Translations under genes and position numbers: made by a program
DNA from: the human T2T-CHM13v2.0 reference genome, Homo sapiens
Length of the DNA: 64,000 bases
Strand: one strand, 5' to 3'
Assembly: GCF_009914755.1 (NCBI RefSeq)
Contig: NC_060932.1
Part shown: positions 18,617 to 33,153 of the stretch, in pieces
Layout of the letters: the number at the start of each line of letters is the position of its first letter
Numbering within the stretch: position 1 is the first letter of the stretch
The notes under the pieces: generated by a model
The model's database searches: none
What the model was told of the DNA's origin: nothing
Seen by the model: only the letters and a program-made list of their open reading frames with translations

Positions 18617-21328
18617 TGAGTAGCATTTTCTTAAATGAAAGGAATGCTGTTTCCAAATGGGCTAGTTAAACATCTCTCCTGTAGCACCTGGTTTTTCCCC
18701 AAGGAGTGTAAGGTAGTTACAGACTCCGAGATATTTGGTAAGCCTTTTTATGAGTCTTCTGATATGAAGTGAATTCCTGCTATAAAACTCTTGAGATTGT
18801 GGCTTTGGCGACTCCATTTCCAAATCAAAATAGGGACCAATCGGGAACAGGATTCAATTAAGGTTACACAATCCCTATGACATATATATATATTTCAGTT
18901 ATCAATACTTTCCTATTCACTCAAGCGATTGTTGCTTCATCTTCAGCTCTCCTAACATGGCAGCTGACTAAATCATCCGAGTTCTTTGCGGCTTACCCAC
19001 CATTGGCACTCCTTGATCTGCTGTCACTGTAGGCTCTTGTGATATGGAAGTACCTTATGCCCATTTATTCTTGGATGTCTCTGTACCTGAGCTACAGCAC
19101 TGTCTCCCGACTTCAGTGGAAATGTTACTGCCTTATCACGTGGTCTTGATGTTTATTAGCTTCCCGTCCCTTACACAAGGCAGTATTTTCCCCTGGATAA
19201 CTTGCTTGAGGCCGTGAAACCTGCTGTGATAAAAGAGGTTACATTATGGAAGTGGGAACCCGTGTCAGAGGGAAATCTTAGCTTTGGAAAGAACTCTGGC
19301 AGGAACATAGGTGGGACACCCTATAGAATCCTCATGTGACCTTCAAAAAGAAATCGTACACTTTTCCTTCTGCAACTTGGTTGGGACTGAGAACTTCGCT
19401 GTGGTGGAGGAGGTTAGATTGTGGAGGTGGGTGCTTCAAATAGCATTTGCAAGGTGGTGTCTCATCTAATTTCCCTTGCTGAAAGCAACTTGAAGTCTAA
19501 CTTTTGTTATAGCTTTATTGTCTTCCATATTAAGAGGTTATTACATTTAAATTTTTATTGCAAAGCTACCAATATACCATGTCAGAGAGGTTTTTGCAGA
19601 TCTGTTAGGCATAAGCTGGATTTGATTCGTTAAGCTTTCAATTTTCTCTAAGGCCGTGTTCAAGGGTTTGTGGAAGCATTCATAACCTTTTTTCAGGGAG
19701 GGTGGGGGAGTCTGTTCTAAAGACGAGGGTACAGTAAAGTCATACTAAGACATTTGGGGTCCTCATGGGTGAGTTTACATATTTCACCCCCAAGGAATTT
19801 TTACTTTGCCAGTTATGGTTTATTTTTAAAATGTGTTTGAGGACACATCTTCTGGATCAGAGTACAGTACAAAGATAAACGGTATGGAATAAGCAGCTTG
19901 GTGGGATAATGTAAGAAGCATTAGATTGAGTGGATTGAGAGCCAAAGACTGGCTCCCAGCTCCCAGCCTCTCCTCCATCTAGCTGACTGAACTGCATGCA
20001 AGCTACCAGCCTTTAATAACAAATGCCTTAATCTCTTAAAACCCCCATTTCCTCATTTCTCTTATGAAAGTCTTTGAGATCATGCACATGACAAACAAAG
20101 TTAATATACTGGCCGAATGCAGAGTATTATTCTTGATTTTGTTATAATAATATAATATTTGAAACCTGAATTATGGTAAAAATGGAAGTGGGCAGGGCTT
20201 TGGCTCACTCCAAAATTTGGAAGGCGAACTGAGGAAGATCTGCATTGACATCCCTTTTCCCCATATGTCCAGGGGCTTCCAGTGCTCAAGGCAGCCTCAG
20301 TCAATGTTGGACCAGGCTTGGTATTCACAAGTGCTGTGGTTGAGATAGGCCTTTGTGAAGTGTACGCCGATATCAAAGGCTAATTCCCAGATGGTTAAGT
20401 GGCCACTGAATTTTTGTTGCTCTGAGGGGGTCTAGAAGCAACATGGGCTGAACTTGGATATGATGGAACAGGATGCAGTAAACCATATTAAAGAACTCAT
20501 AGGTTCTTGAGTTTATCAGACGCAATAGCTAGTGAAAACTGATTTAGAAGGTCAGCAGAGGCACATCATAGAATCTAGTATTTAGGATTGAATGCCCCAT
20601 AGCTAAGACTGTGTGTACATAAGGTACTGGGGCTCATGGAAGTATTGTTTCATCAGTGTTGTCAATGAGTCCAGTGGAATAATGAAGGACAGTGCAGAAT
20701 CTCGTCGTGGGGCACTGGAACAGCTATCAGCACTGAAGAATCGCCCATGACTTGTCACAGAATGCCCTGAGCTAGACATTAGAGAATAACGGCAAGATAC
20801 AATAAACCTAATGTAATGGATGTCCAAAATGAGGTCAAAGCACAGAAGCAATAGTTGAAGTAAGTCCCAAAGTGCATTATCAAGCATTGGGGCAGAGCTG
20901 TGGGCAGACTTCTGGGGGAAATATGGGAGCAAACACTAGCTGGCAGTACAGTTAGAAATGCAAGGAATAGCCTGTAGCATATCCAAATAGATCTTTATTG
21001 CAACTCAAAAGCAACCTTTATTTGAAATCATAGATTTGTTTTGATGTCGGTTGGTTGGTCTTCATTCAAGAGTACACATATTCTAACATCACTATTTCAC
21101 CATCTCAATAGGAAAGATTCACAACCAATGTACAGGCATATTTCAGGAACATCCTAAAATTGAAATTTTAAAATAAAACGGTTAGAGTTATCACGGAAAG
21201 GAAGGTCATCGTATGTGGAACATGTCAATGAAAGGAAATGCTTTAGGGTAAAAATACACTGATTAGAGAGGAAGGCTGATATAACTGTGGGCAGAGATTT
21301 ATGTATGTGGAAGTCAATGAATCCACAG

Positions 21329-21681
21329 GCGGTAGTGTGCTGGTAAATGTTTGATAACCAGCTTTCTGGGAGTGTGGGGGAGCCCCAGTTTCTAGCATTT
21401 ATTGATTTCTGAGGTATAAATATTCCCTCTGTAACCAATTTCTACCATACAGATATAATAGATGTGAATAACCCCAAGAGCATAGATAATAGTAAAACAT
21501 AGTAAAATAATTAGGAAGTGATGAGTTTTGAATATTTATTACCTTTGTTTATAATATAACTTAATTATGTTTATATAATTTAATTTTTATTATTGTCTGT
21601 TTTTAACAAGCTCACAAAATTCCCAAAAATTTCACAATCATCTCTTTTGAGCTAGTATGAACTAGCTCCAGCACACCCCTG
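21329..21681. mobile_element. MER63-like hAT non-autonomous element
   Basis: Terminal inverted repeats GTAGTGTGCTGG ... CCAGCACACCCCTG around an AT-rich interior. Confidence 0.75.
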
Positions 21682-21735
21682 CCTGTGAGTGAAAGGACAT
21701 CGGAGCATCTTTAGGGAAAGATGAAAAGAAAAAGG

Positions 21736-22107
<372 letters not shown>

Positions 22108-22729
22108 TTATTCTTCATATAAGTTAATGCATAACTGTAGAATGATTTTACTTAAATAATGCTCATTAATGATCAACTTCTTTTGCCCCACAGGCATGGG
22201 AAATGCTTCATACTATAGCTCATCTGCTGCAGATTTGGCACGTACATTAAAAAATCATATAATGAAGAATCTTTTATGCCTAGTGTTGCCCAACTTTTTT
22301 GACTGTAAAACCTCTTATTCCCCACAGAATACTTAATATCTATGGCAGATCAGTCAAGAAACTACTCAGTAGGTTGGTTGTAAGTATCCTGTCCTTCAAC
22401 CTTCATGATTAATGACTTCAGACAAGTTATAGTGTGTTGATCAAATCTTTTGTACCATAGGAGATAGACTAAGTCAGTGATTCTCAAATTTGACTACACA
22501 TCAGATTCCTCTGGAGGCTTCTTAAAAGACCTAATGAATCAGAATCTTCGGAGTTGGGGCCCAAGAAGATCTCTCTTTAAAAAATTCTTCCCATTACTCA
22601 GCAGTGAATATAAAATAAAATATTTTTAAAAAATTCTTCCCATCAGACAAGGGTACTACTACCCATAACATTTTTGGCAATATTTTTTTCCAATAATTTG
22701 TCAATGTGCTCTGAAAGAGTGCAAATTGA

Positions 22730-23586
<857 letters not shown>

Positions 23587-23869
23587 AGAAATCCTCTCTC
23601 AAAAAACATTTTGGCACTAAATTTTAAACTGAAGTCATTAATTCTCTAGAAAGAATTACAATTACATGGCTTTTTAGATATTCTGTACAAATTGTTTATA
23701 TTGAATAATAATAAAATCTCAATGATGAAGGAAATAATACAGAATAACAAAACTTTATATGTGTTTGTTCAAGTATTTACCAAGTTCCTACTATGTTCTA
23801 GGGACTATGTATCAATAAAAAAAATGACCTATTGGGAAAAAGATTAGAGAGAGATGTGTGTTAACAGCT

Positions 23870-24490
23870 GTGCATGGGAAAAGGCTCGATCACAATATAA
23901 GGAGGTGCAGTCTGTGTGATTGTCAAATCCAAGGAAGTCCGGTTTGTAGAAAAGAACAGGTAACAGTTTCACTCAGGTGTATAATCGTCAGGCCTGAATT
24001 ATTATATTTAGTTCTGGGCATCACTATTTGAGGCATTTGGAACAAGTACACTATATGTAGAGGGTACGCCCAAGATGAGATGCAGAGATTAAAGATGGGC
24101 AGATGAAGAAGCTTGGAAGAAGCTCATTGATTATTGTAGAGAAGAGAAAACTTGGGAGATGTAGTTATGTTCCAAGATCTAAATGACCTTCATTGAAGAG
24201 GGCTCAGATGGGACAGCCAGGGTCTGCTGTTTAAAGTTGCAATGAACATTCATACCATGATATTCAAGGTATTCATTTCTGTACAATGTACAGTGTAAGG
24301 CCGAATTACTTCGTGATCATAGCTCTCTAAAAACAGAATGCGTCTTAGTTCTCAGCTACTTGCAAATTTTAAGCCAAGGCTGAATGAGCACTGAAGGACA
24401 TGTTACATAAGGAATTTAAGTATCCATTATGAGAACTGGGTTAGTTAATGCCTGAACTTCCTCCCAACCTTAAGCTTGTGTGTTTCTGTC
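23870..24490 (+). mobile_element. Degenerate L3/CR1 LINE 3' fragment
   Basis: AGTTCTGGGCATCAC, GAGAAGAGAAAACTTGGG and CTTCCTCCCAACCTTAAG...GTTTCTGT resemble the CR1/L3 3' end. Confidence 0.5.
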
Positions 24491-25262
24491 ATACATGCAT
24501 AAAACACACACTTGTGTCATGGCTAATAACCTCAAATGCCACCTAAAAAATCTGCAGCATGGGCCTGGTGTGGTGGCTCATGCCTGTAATTCCAGCACTT
24601 TGGGATCCAGGTGGATTGCATAAGCTCAGGAGTTTGAGTCCAGTCTGGGCAACATGGCAAAACCCAACATTTATGAAAAATACAAAAATTAGCTGGGCGT
24701 GGTAGTGCACACCTTTGGTCCCAGCTACTTGGGAGGCTTAGCAGAAGGATCTCTTGAGCTTCCTTGGAAGCTCAAGGCTGCAGTGAGCCATGGAAGGTCA
24801 AGGCTGCAGTGAGCCATGATTGTGTCACTGCACTCCAGCCTGGGGGACACAGTGAGATCCTGTCTCAACAACAACAAAAAATCTGCAGCATGGACATACA
24901 CTCATTCTTCAAACAAATAGGCTGTAATGTAATAGTTTACATTACAGGACATTTATGATCGTTCAATATGCAACACTGAAAATACATTTTAGAGATAATG
25001 TTTAATTTCACAAAGTTTGCATTTTATACCAGATATTCAGGTTATATCCTTACAGGATGTACCTGCCACAAAAGTATAATACAACATTTTCGGTTGCAAT
25101 TTACAAACAGAAGGTAATTGCATGAACTTACTAATGTTTCCTTCATTAAATGACACTGTCGCAATGTACATTGCAATGTAATCATGAAGTAATTCTGCCT
25201 TACATTATACATTGCACGGAAATGAATACCTTGAATGTCATGGTATGAATGTTCATTGCAAC
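24236..25262. repeat. 82-bp inverted duplication (24236-24317 / 25181-25262) plus a third 25-bp copy at 25784-25808
   Basis: 75/82 identity with no gaps; 25784-25808 is the exact reverse complement of 24248-24272. Confidence 0.93.
24561..24880 (+). mobile_element. AluJ-like with an internal 26-bp duplication
   Basis: TSD AAAAATCTGCAGCATGG. Confidence 0.9.
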
Positions 25263-25816
25263 ACTGAACACTGTTAAAAGACAAAGACAAAATGTTTCTC
25301 TATTTTATGCTAAAACCATGGATTAAGTCACATCTGTGCATACAGTTATAACGGACTACAACTTTCACTTTAAGGTAGAAAATAAGTAGCATAGATGTTA
25401 TCAAGCTCTAATACCAGCATTAGAATGAATTTTCATAATTAAGTTTATTCTTTCCCTTTAATATATGTTAATTATAGAATATTTAGAGAAACGCAAGTGT
25501 CAAAGGAGAAAAAATTACCCATCGTGTCACTGTCCAGAGACATTACTGAGAACACCTTGGTGCATTTCCTTCCTGTCTCTTTCAGCTGTGCATATATTGT
25601 GTTTGTTTGTTGTACATACTTGCGTTCATATTGTATCTATATTTTTTATCCTGCTTCTAAGGCACAAGCAATGTGCCTTACAAACATTTGACTACTACAT
25701 AGTAATCCACCTGGTAGATTCACTATCATTTTTGGGTTTATCCTTCTAGTGTAAGATATCTTAGTTATTTTATAGTCAGTTCTATACCTTGAATATCATG
25801 GTATGAATTGTCTTTA

Positions 25817-26170
<354 letters not shown>

Positions 26171-27049
26171 ATATAAAAAACTGACAAGTCCTTATAACTT
26201 TCCCTGTAAAGCCCTTGCAATTGCTTCAGGTCAGAAGGCATAGCTATGGTGGGTTTGTCAAAATTCTAAACTGTAACCATTTTTAATCAGGGACCTCTCC
26301 CCTTACTCTTGAATTCATGGACTTTCCTGGATACCCCTTGGTCTAACCACCTAGAGGAGAAAAGCAGCTGAAAAGTGCCACTTCTCATTTAGTGTGTGGG
26401 GGTGGGGTGGGGGCGTGGGTTGTGTTCCTCTCAACTCCAAACATGCTTCATCGAGGAAAAGAGTAACTTTCAAATGTTTCTTCTTTGGTCATTCAGTATA
26501 CTTTAAAAAGCCATCTTGCAGTAACCCATGGCTAAGTCCTGTTGGCTCCATCCTGCTGGTGAGATTGTGAGTGTCTTTAGTACCTTTCAGCTCAGACCCA
26601 AAGCAGAACACTTCCAAGACAAACAGGCTGTCTACAACCTCACCAGGAAACTCCAGAGGGAGTTGTCTCCCTGTTTGTGCCTAAGCTGAACTCAGTTCTG
26701 CAGGAAACTATGAGTTTGTGTATCTTATATGTGGCCAGGTGTTGAAGTTCTGGCTAAAGGCTCACATTAAAGAAAACTTGGATGATAGCATCTGGATGAG
26801 GGAATGGTGTCCTACGGGATCCTCTTGGATAATATGTATTCAGGAGACAAAGGACCAGGTGGAAGTAGCTGGGATGAATCTATCTATAAGCAACTTACAT
26901 ATTTAAACAACTGTTGCCTGACAAATGTAGATCAGAATGACTGAGATCATTGTAAAACGTCTTTCTTCCACAGTTAAGGGTGAGTGACAACATTTATGAT
27001 ATGGCAAGCATTGAGGAGTCAACATTTCAGTGGTTTTCTTTAAGCCAGA

Positions 27050-27800
27050 GAGATTTATTCATTCATGCATTAATCCCACAAATTATGTGGCTGATGATAT
27101 GGCAATGAATGGCATACTTCCTACCCTCAAAGAACTCAGTGTAGTAACAGACAAATATTTAGATAATTTGAGTGTGGTCTAGAAAGACAGAAGTGAACTG
27201 GATTTTACAAGAATATTGAGTAAGGGTGCCCAGCCCAGCTTAAGGTGGGTAGGAAATGGGGAACAATGTCAGAGAAGCCTTCCTGGAGGAAGTTAACATT
27301 GGAATTGTTTTTTAAAGAACAGTAGTTTTACTGGCTGAGGAGGAAGAAGGACGGCTGCTGGGAGTGTTGGGGTGGGGGTGGCGGGGTATGTGGGAGTGTT
27401 GGGGGTGGGGGTGGCGGGGTGTGTGGGAGTGCTGGGGTGGGGGTGGCGGGGTGTGTGGGAGTGTTGGGGGTGGGGTTGGCAGGGTGTGTGGGAGTGCTGG
27501 GGTGGGGGTGGCGGGGTGAGTGGATGGTAGTGCTCAGGAAAGGGACAGCATCAACCATGGTATGGAGGGGATGTGGAATCAAGACTTGTGCCTGGCAGCA
27601 CTATGTTTGAAATGCTAAATGGGCATCTAGAAATGTCACATAGGCATGCAGAGGTGTGTGTCTACAGTTCCAGGGTGAGGGCATAGCTGGAGATCTAAAT
27701 TTAGCAGTCCCTGGTATATACATGGTATTACATGATATTTACTTAAGACTAAATGAGGTTGCTCGAAGAATGTGTAGTTACACAAGGGACCCCAGTACGG
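27050..27800 (-). mobile_element. L2 LINE fragment hosting the minisatellite
   Basis: TTCATTCATGC start; CCTACCCTCAAAGAACTCA and GAAGCCTTCCTGGAGGAAG motifs of antisense L2. Confidence 0.6.
27360..27521. repeat. G-rich minisatellite, ~5 x 32-33 bp
   Basis: Unit GGGAGTGYTGGGG(G)TGGGGGTGGCGGGGTGTGT repeated in tandem. Confidence 0.95.
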
Positions 27801-27825
27801 AGGCTGGGGAGACAGATCACCGTAA

Positions 27826-28862
<1,037 letters not shown>

Positions 28863-30136
28863 AAAAATGTTTTTTTAAGTGGAAGATAGATATGGAAGTG
28901 AGATGGACAAGAGCAACCCTTGACTCTGGGCTAGCGGGTGTTCTGGCCTCTCCTCCTAATGGCCATTCTGATGAAAGGGAGGTGGCTTATGGTCCTCTGA
29001 AAGGGCTGACCAGGGCCCAAAAAGAGCCAGGTCGTTTACACCAGGGTGCCAGGGTGCACTGGCCCTTGATTATCAGACCCAAGTCAGCCCATTCCACAGG
29101 CATGCAGTACCCCCAAGGCTCCAAATAATGTTCTTAAAACAGCACCTGGCACATAGTCGGTGCTATATACATTTTTGTTATAATTATCCCAGTTTCTAGG
29201 CAAGCTTTATTGGCTTCTAAGAACAAATCATTTATGTAAACCAAATCATTTTCAGGGTATGTAAAGTCTATATTCTCTTTTTCTGTCTTCCTTTCTCTCT
29301 CTCTCCTTCCTTCTGGGTTCTGGTTAAGATGGAGAGCTCTCCCTGGAGAGTCTGGGATTGAACCACCAAAGAAGGGCAGAGCAAGCAAAAAGGAAAATAA
29401 ATGAAGGCATACCCAGAGAAATACATTTATGAAAAACACCAGCATTGAAGAAAATACAGCACGCAGTGCACTGAAGTTTTGTACCTGTTGTACAGGTAGC
29501 CAAAAGATGACACATAGAGGGTGGATTTTTAGTTTTGATTAATTCATTGGTAACGTGGGAAATATTCATGCAGAAACAGAGGAATGATCATGCAGTGGTG
29601 CAGTTGTTCCTTTGAAGGAATTTTGAACGTTGCATTACAGTTCAACTGTCCTGGAAATCAAAAATATGGTAGAAAGTGGAGATGGTGGGGAGGACGTGTA
29701 AATATCTTTAACTCCCCCTTCTTGGTTTCCAAACGCCTTTATCACTCCATTCAGCCTTAGGCCAAATTCTGGATGCTTTTACAGGTGTTTTTCACGTGTA
29801 AAATGTGCATATCTATCTCCTAGGAGTATCGTGGAGATGGAATGGGATATGTAAAGTGTGCTGTATATAGCAACTGCATCATTAGAGCATCTTTCAACAG
29901 AAGTGCACATCCCCTCATAGCTGATGACTGGCATTTCCTGTTCATTTTTTTCCTTCTACCTCTTAACCTTACTGACGATGCTTTCAATACAAATCTAATA
30001 ATAACGGCAGCTAACATTTATCATGTGCTCAAATTAAGTCATTTCATCTCCCCAACAATCCTATCAGGTAGGACTGTCATCTTCATCTCCTGAGCCTTGG
30101 AATCATATTAGGCAGCCTGGCTTCAGAGCCCAGCAC

Positions 30137-31078
<942 letters not shown>

Positions 31079-31399
31079 CAGGTATTCCTAGAAGACATAG
31101 GACCCCATGAATCCTTGCAGGAGAGCACGTAAACTGGACTCCTAAGCCCGCCCCAGAGCCCCGGCGCTAGTGCTCGAGGCTGGGACACTGCTAGGTGCAC
31201 ACAGCCGCGGCCTGGCGCAGGCGGTGCGGACAGAGGGTATGCCATGGCGAGACGCTGGCGCGGCGCAGGCCCTGCCGGCCGGGACACGGAGGGCGGGGCA
31301 CAGGCGCAGCAGGAAGGGGGCGTGGCCAAGAGCCGCCCGGCCGCTCCCCCGCCCCTCCCCCTCCGCTCTCCGCCCCAGCCCGGCGGCTCCGCCCCCTAG

Positions 31400-31409
31400 G
31401 TGACGTCAC
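31400..31409. promoter_or_regulatory. Full palindromic CRE (CREB/ATF site)
   Basis: GTGACGTCAC immediately downstream of the GC boxes, in a typical proximal-promoter position. Confidence 0.8.
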
Positions 31410-31425
31410 TGGCCAGGCCAGCCGG

Positions 31426-31435
31426 CGCCATTTTG
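31426..31435 (-). promoter_or_regulatory. YY1 motif near the probable TSS
   Basis: CGCCATTTTG; its reverse complement CAAAATGGCG matches the YY1 consensus. Confidence 0.7.
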
Positions 31436-31456
31436 AAAGTGGAGTCGCCTGCCCCT

Positions 31457-31504
31457 GCCGCTGCCGCCGCCGCCGTCGCTGTCGTAGTCGCCGCCGCCGC
31501 TGCC
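31457..31504 (+). repeat. Interrupted (GCC)n-type trinucleotide tract in the 5' UTR
   Basis: 16 triplets: GCC GCT GCC GCC GCC GCC GTC GCT GTC GTA GTC GCC GCC GCC GCT GCC. Confidence 0.85.
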
Positions 31505-31726
31505 GGAGAAAGAGCACGAGCGGGGAAGCCCCAGAGTGAAATCTAGCATCCTGCCGGCTGGTCTGCCCGCCCCTCCTTCCTTTTCCCCCCGGCCCCCGTC
31601 CCCTCCCCCCGCAGGTGCCATCCGCCGCCATCCGCCCTCTCTACCCCCCCATCCCCAGGTGAGGGGGGTGAGTTCAGGAAGCGGAGACCCCGAGGAACCC
31701 AGCAGGGTCACCATTTGCAGCGCAAC

Positions 31727-31733
31727 ATGGCAG
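31727..31733 (+). CDS. PPP2R2A: PPP2R2A coding exon 1 (M-A-G, phase 1)
   Basis: AAC-ATG-G Kozak context inside the CpG island; ATGGCAG is followed by donor GTAAAG (31734); joined to exon 2 it reads MAGAGGGNDIQWCFSQVKGAVDDDVAE, the known B55-alpha N-terminus. Confidence 0.97.
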
Positions 31734-33153
31734 GTAAAGGAGAAATCCCCCTCGCCCCCTGACAAGGCACCGCTTCCTTATTCCTCCCTCCATCACCCCC
31801 TAGCGACCGCCCGCGCCTCGCGCAGAGCCACAGGGCGCCCCTCGGGTTTGAGGGAGTAGGGTCCAGAGGGGTGGGGTGGGGGCGGGGAGGGCTCCCGGGA
31901 GGCAAGTGGTCACGGTGAGAGTCACTGGGCTTGGAGAACGGGGCTGGCGCCGTGGCGGGGGTGGGGGTGGGGTGTGCCGGCGAGCTTGGGGTGAGGCGTG
32001 GGTGGGGCGGGGTGGGGGTGCGTGCAGATTTGTCCCTCCCGCTCGGGAGCCTGGTGGATCTTCTCCCACCTCCCCACCTTGCCCCCCGCCTTTATTTTTT
32101 TTTCCTGCAGGTCTTCATTTAATTTCTATTTTTCCCCCTGCTGCAAGCCTTCTTGGGTGTATATACACATTTATTTTGCCTCGAGAAGGAAGAGCGCCTT
32201 ATAAGTTAAAATACAGTGGGGGCATATGTGTATTTTTTCCCCACTGTAGATGCCAATATTTTTGAGACTGGAAGCCTAAATTTTTTGTTTCGAACCATTT
32301 CGTTTCCGTTTCTTCCCTTTTACCGCCGAAGAGTGCAAGGCCTTTCATGTACAGCAAGTTGCATGAAAATAATTTAAACTTTGCGTTTAGCATGTTAGCT
32401 TTTTTGCAGATGTCCTTTTCCCAAAAGGGTTTGGTAGAGTTAGTTAAAATAGTTGCGGAGTTCAGAGATATAAATAGCAAGGAGGAGAGAGATTTAGGTA
32501 GAAGCTTTGAAGGGGAGGGGAAAGGATGTAGAGAGAAAACCAGTTTGGAAATAAATTTAGCAAGGAATAGGGGTGATGGGGGAGAGAGAAGTAATGTAAT
32601 TGCTTTGAGAATTCTTTTTGTACATGTTGGTATTGCTAAATCTTTTCCTTCATGTAGTAGAATCAGTTGCAGATTTAGATTCAGTTTCTTTCTCCCTAGA
32701 GCCCCAGGACATTTTCAATCATTTCGACCTCAGTACTTGCACGTGAAATAGAAACATTCCGAGATGAGACCAGTTTTCCGTGCTGTATTCATTATTTAGA
32801 TAATTAAACCTTTTGAAAAAGTTAACATGTCGGATTGACTTACGGTTTGCTATAAACAAGTTGCTTGTTGGCCTTGTTGAAAAATGAAATGAGATTAAAA
32901 TTGTTTTGCACGAGATGACATTAGCAAAATGAATTCTTTGCCAGGTCCTTTGGAGTCAAGGGATGAGGTGAAGGGAGGCAGAACAAGCTTCCTTTGACAG
33001 TCTCTTTAGCAGCATTCATTTCGGTTTCTTTTCCTCTCTGTCTGGAGCCAGTGATTTGCTGGTAATGAATGCAAAGAAATGGGTGTAGTGTTTGCTGTGT
33101 GTGCACTTTGGTGATAAGGTTCATATGAATCATTACTCCTTACCCAGGCAGTA

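Larger units (their letters stand above)
31130..32050. promoter_or_regulatory. PPP2R2A: CpG island / PPP2R2A promoter and 5' UTR
   Basis: Very GC- and CpG-rich ~0.9 kb block spanning exon 1; several SP/KLF GC boxes (GGGGGCGTGGC ~31316, CCCCGCCCC ~31347, CTCCGCCCC ~31387); no TATA box seen. Confidence 0.95.

Noticed and set aside
20600-20930. Possible processed pseudogene
   Set aside because: No recognisable parent protein, poly-A tail or TSD
22178-22260. Acceptor-like CTTCTTTTGCCCCACAG followed by ATG
   Set aside because: No convincing donor or ORF; such sites arise by chance
27360-27521. Periodic ~32-bp repeat as a CRISPR-like array
   Set aside because: Head-to-tail units with no unique spacers, in primate DNA: a minisatellite
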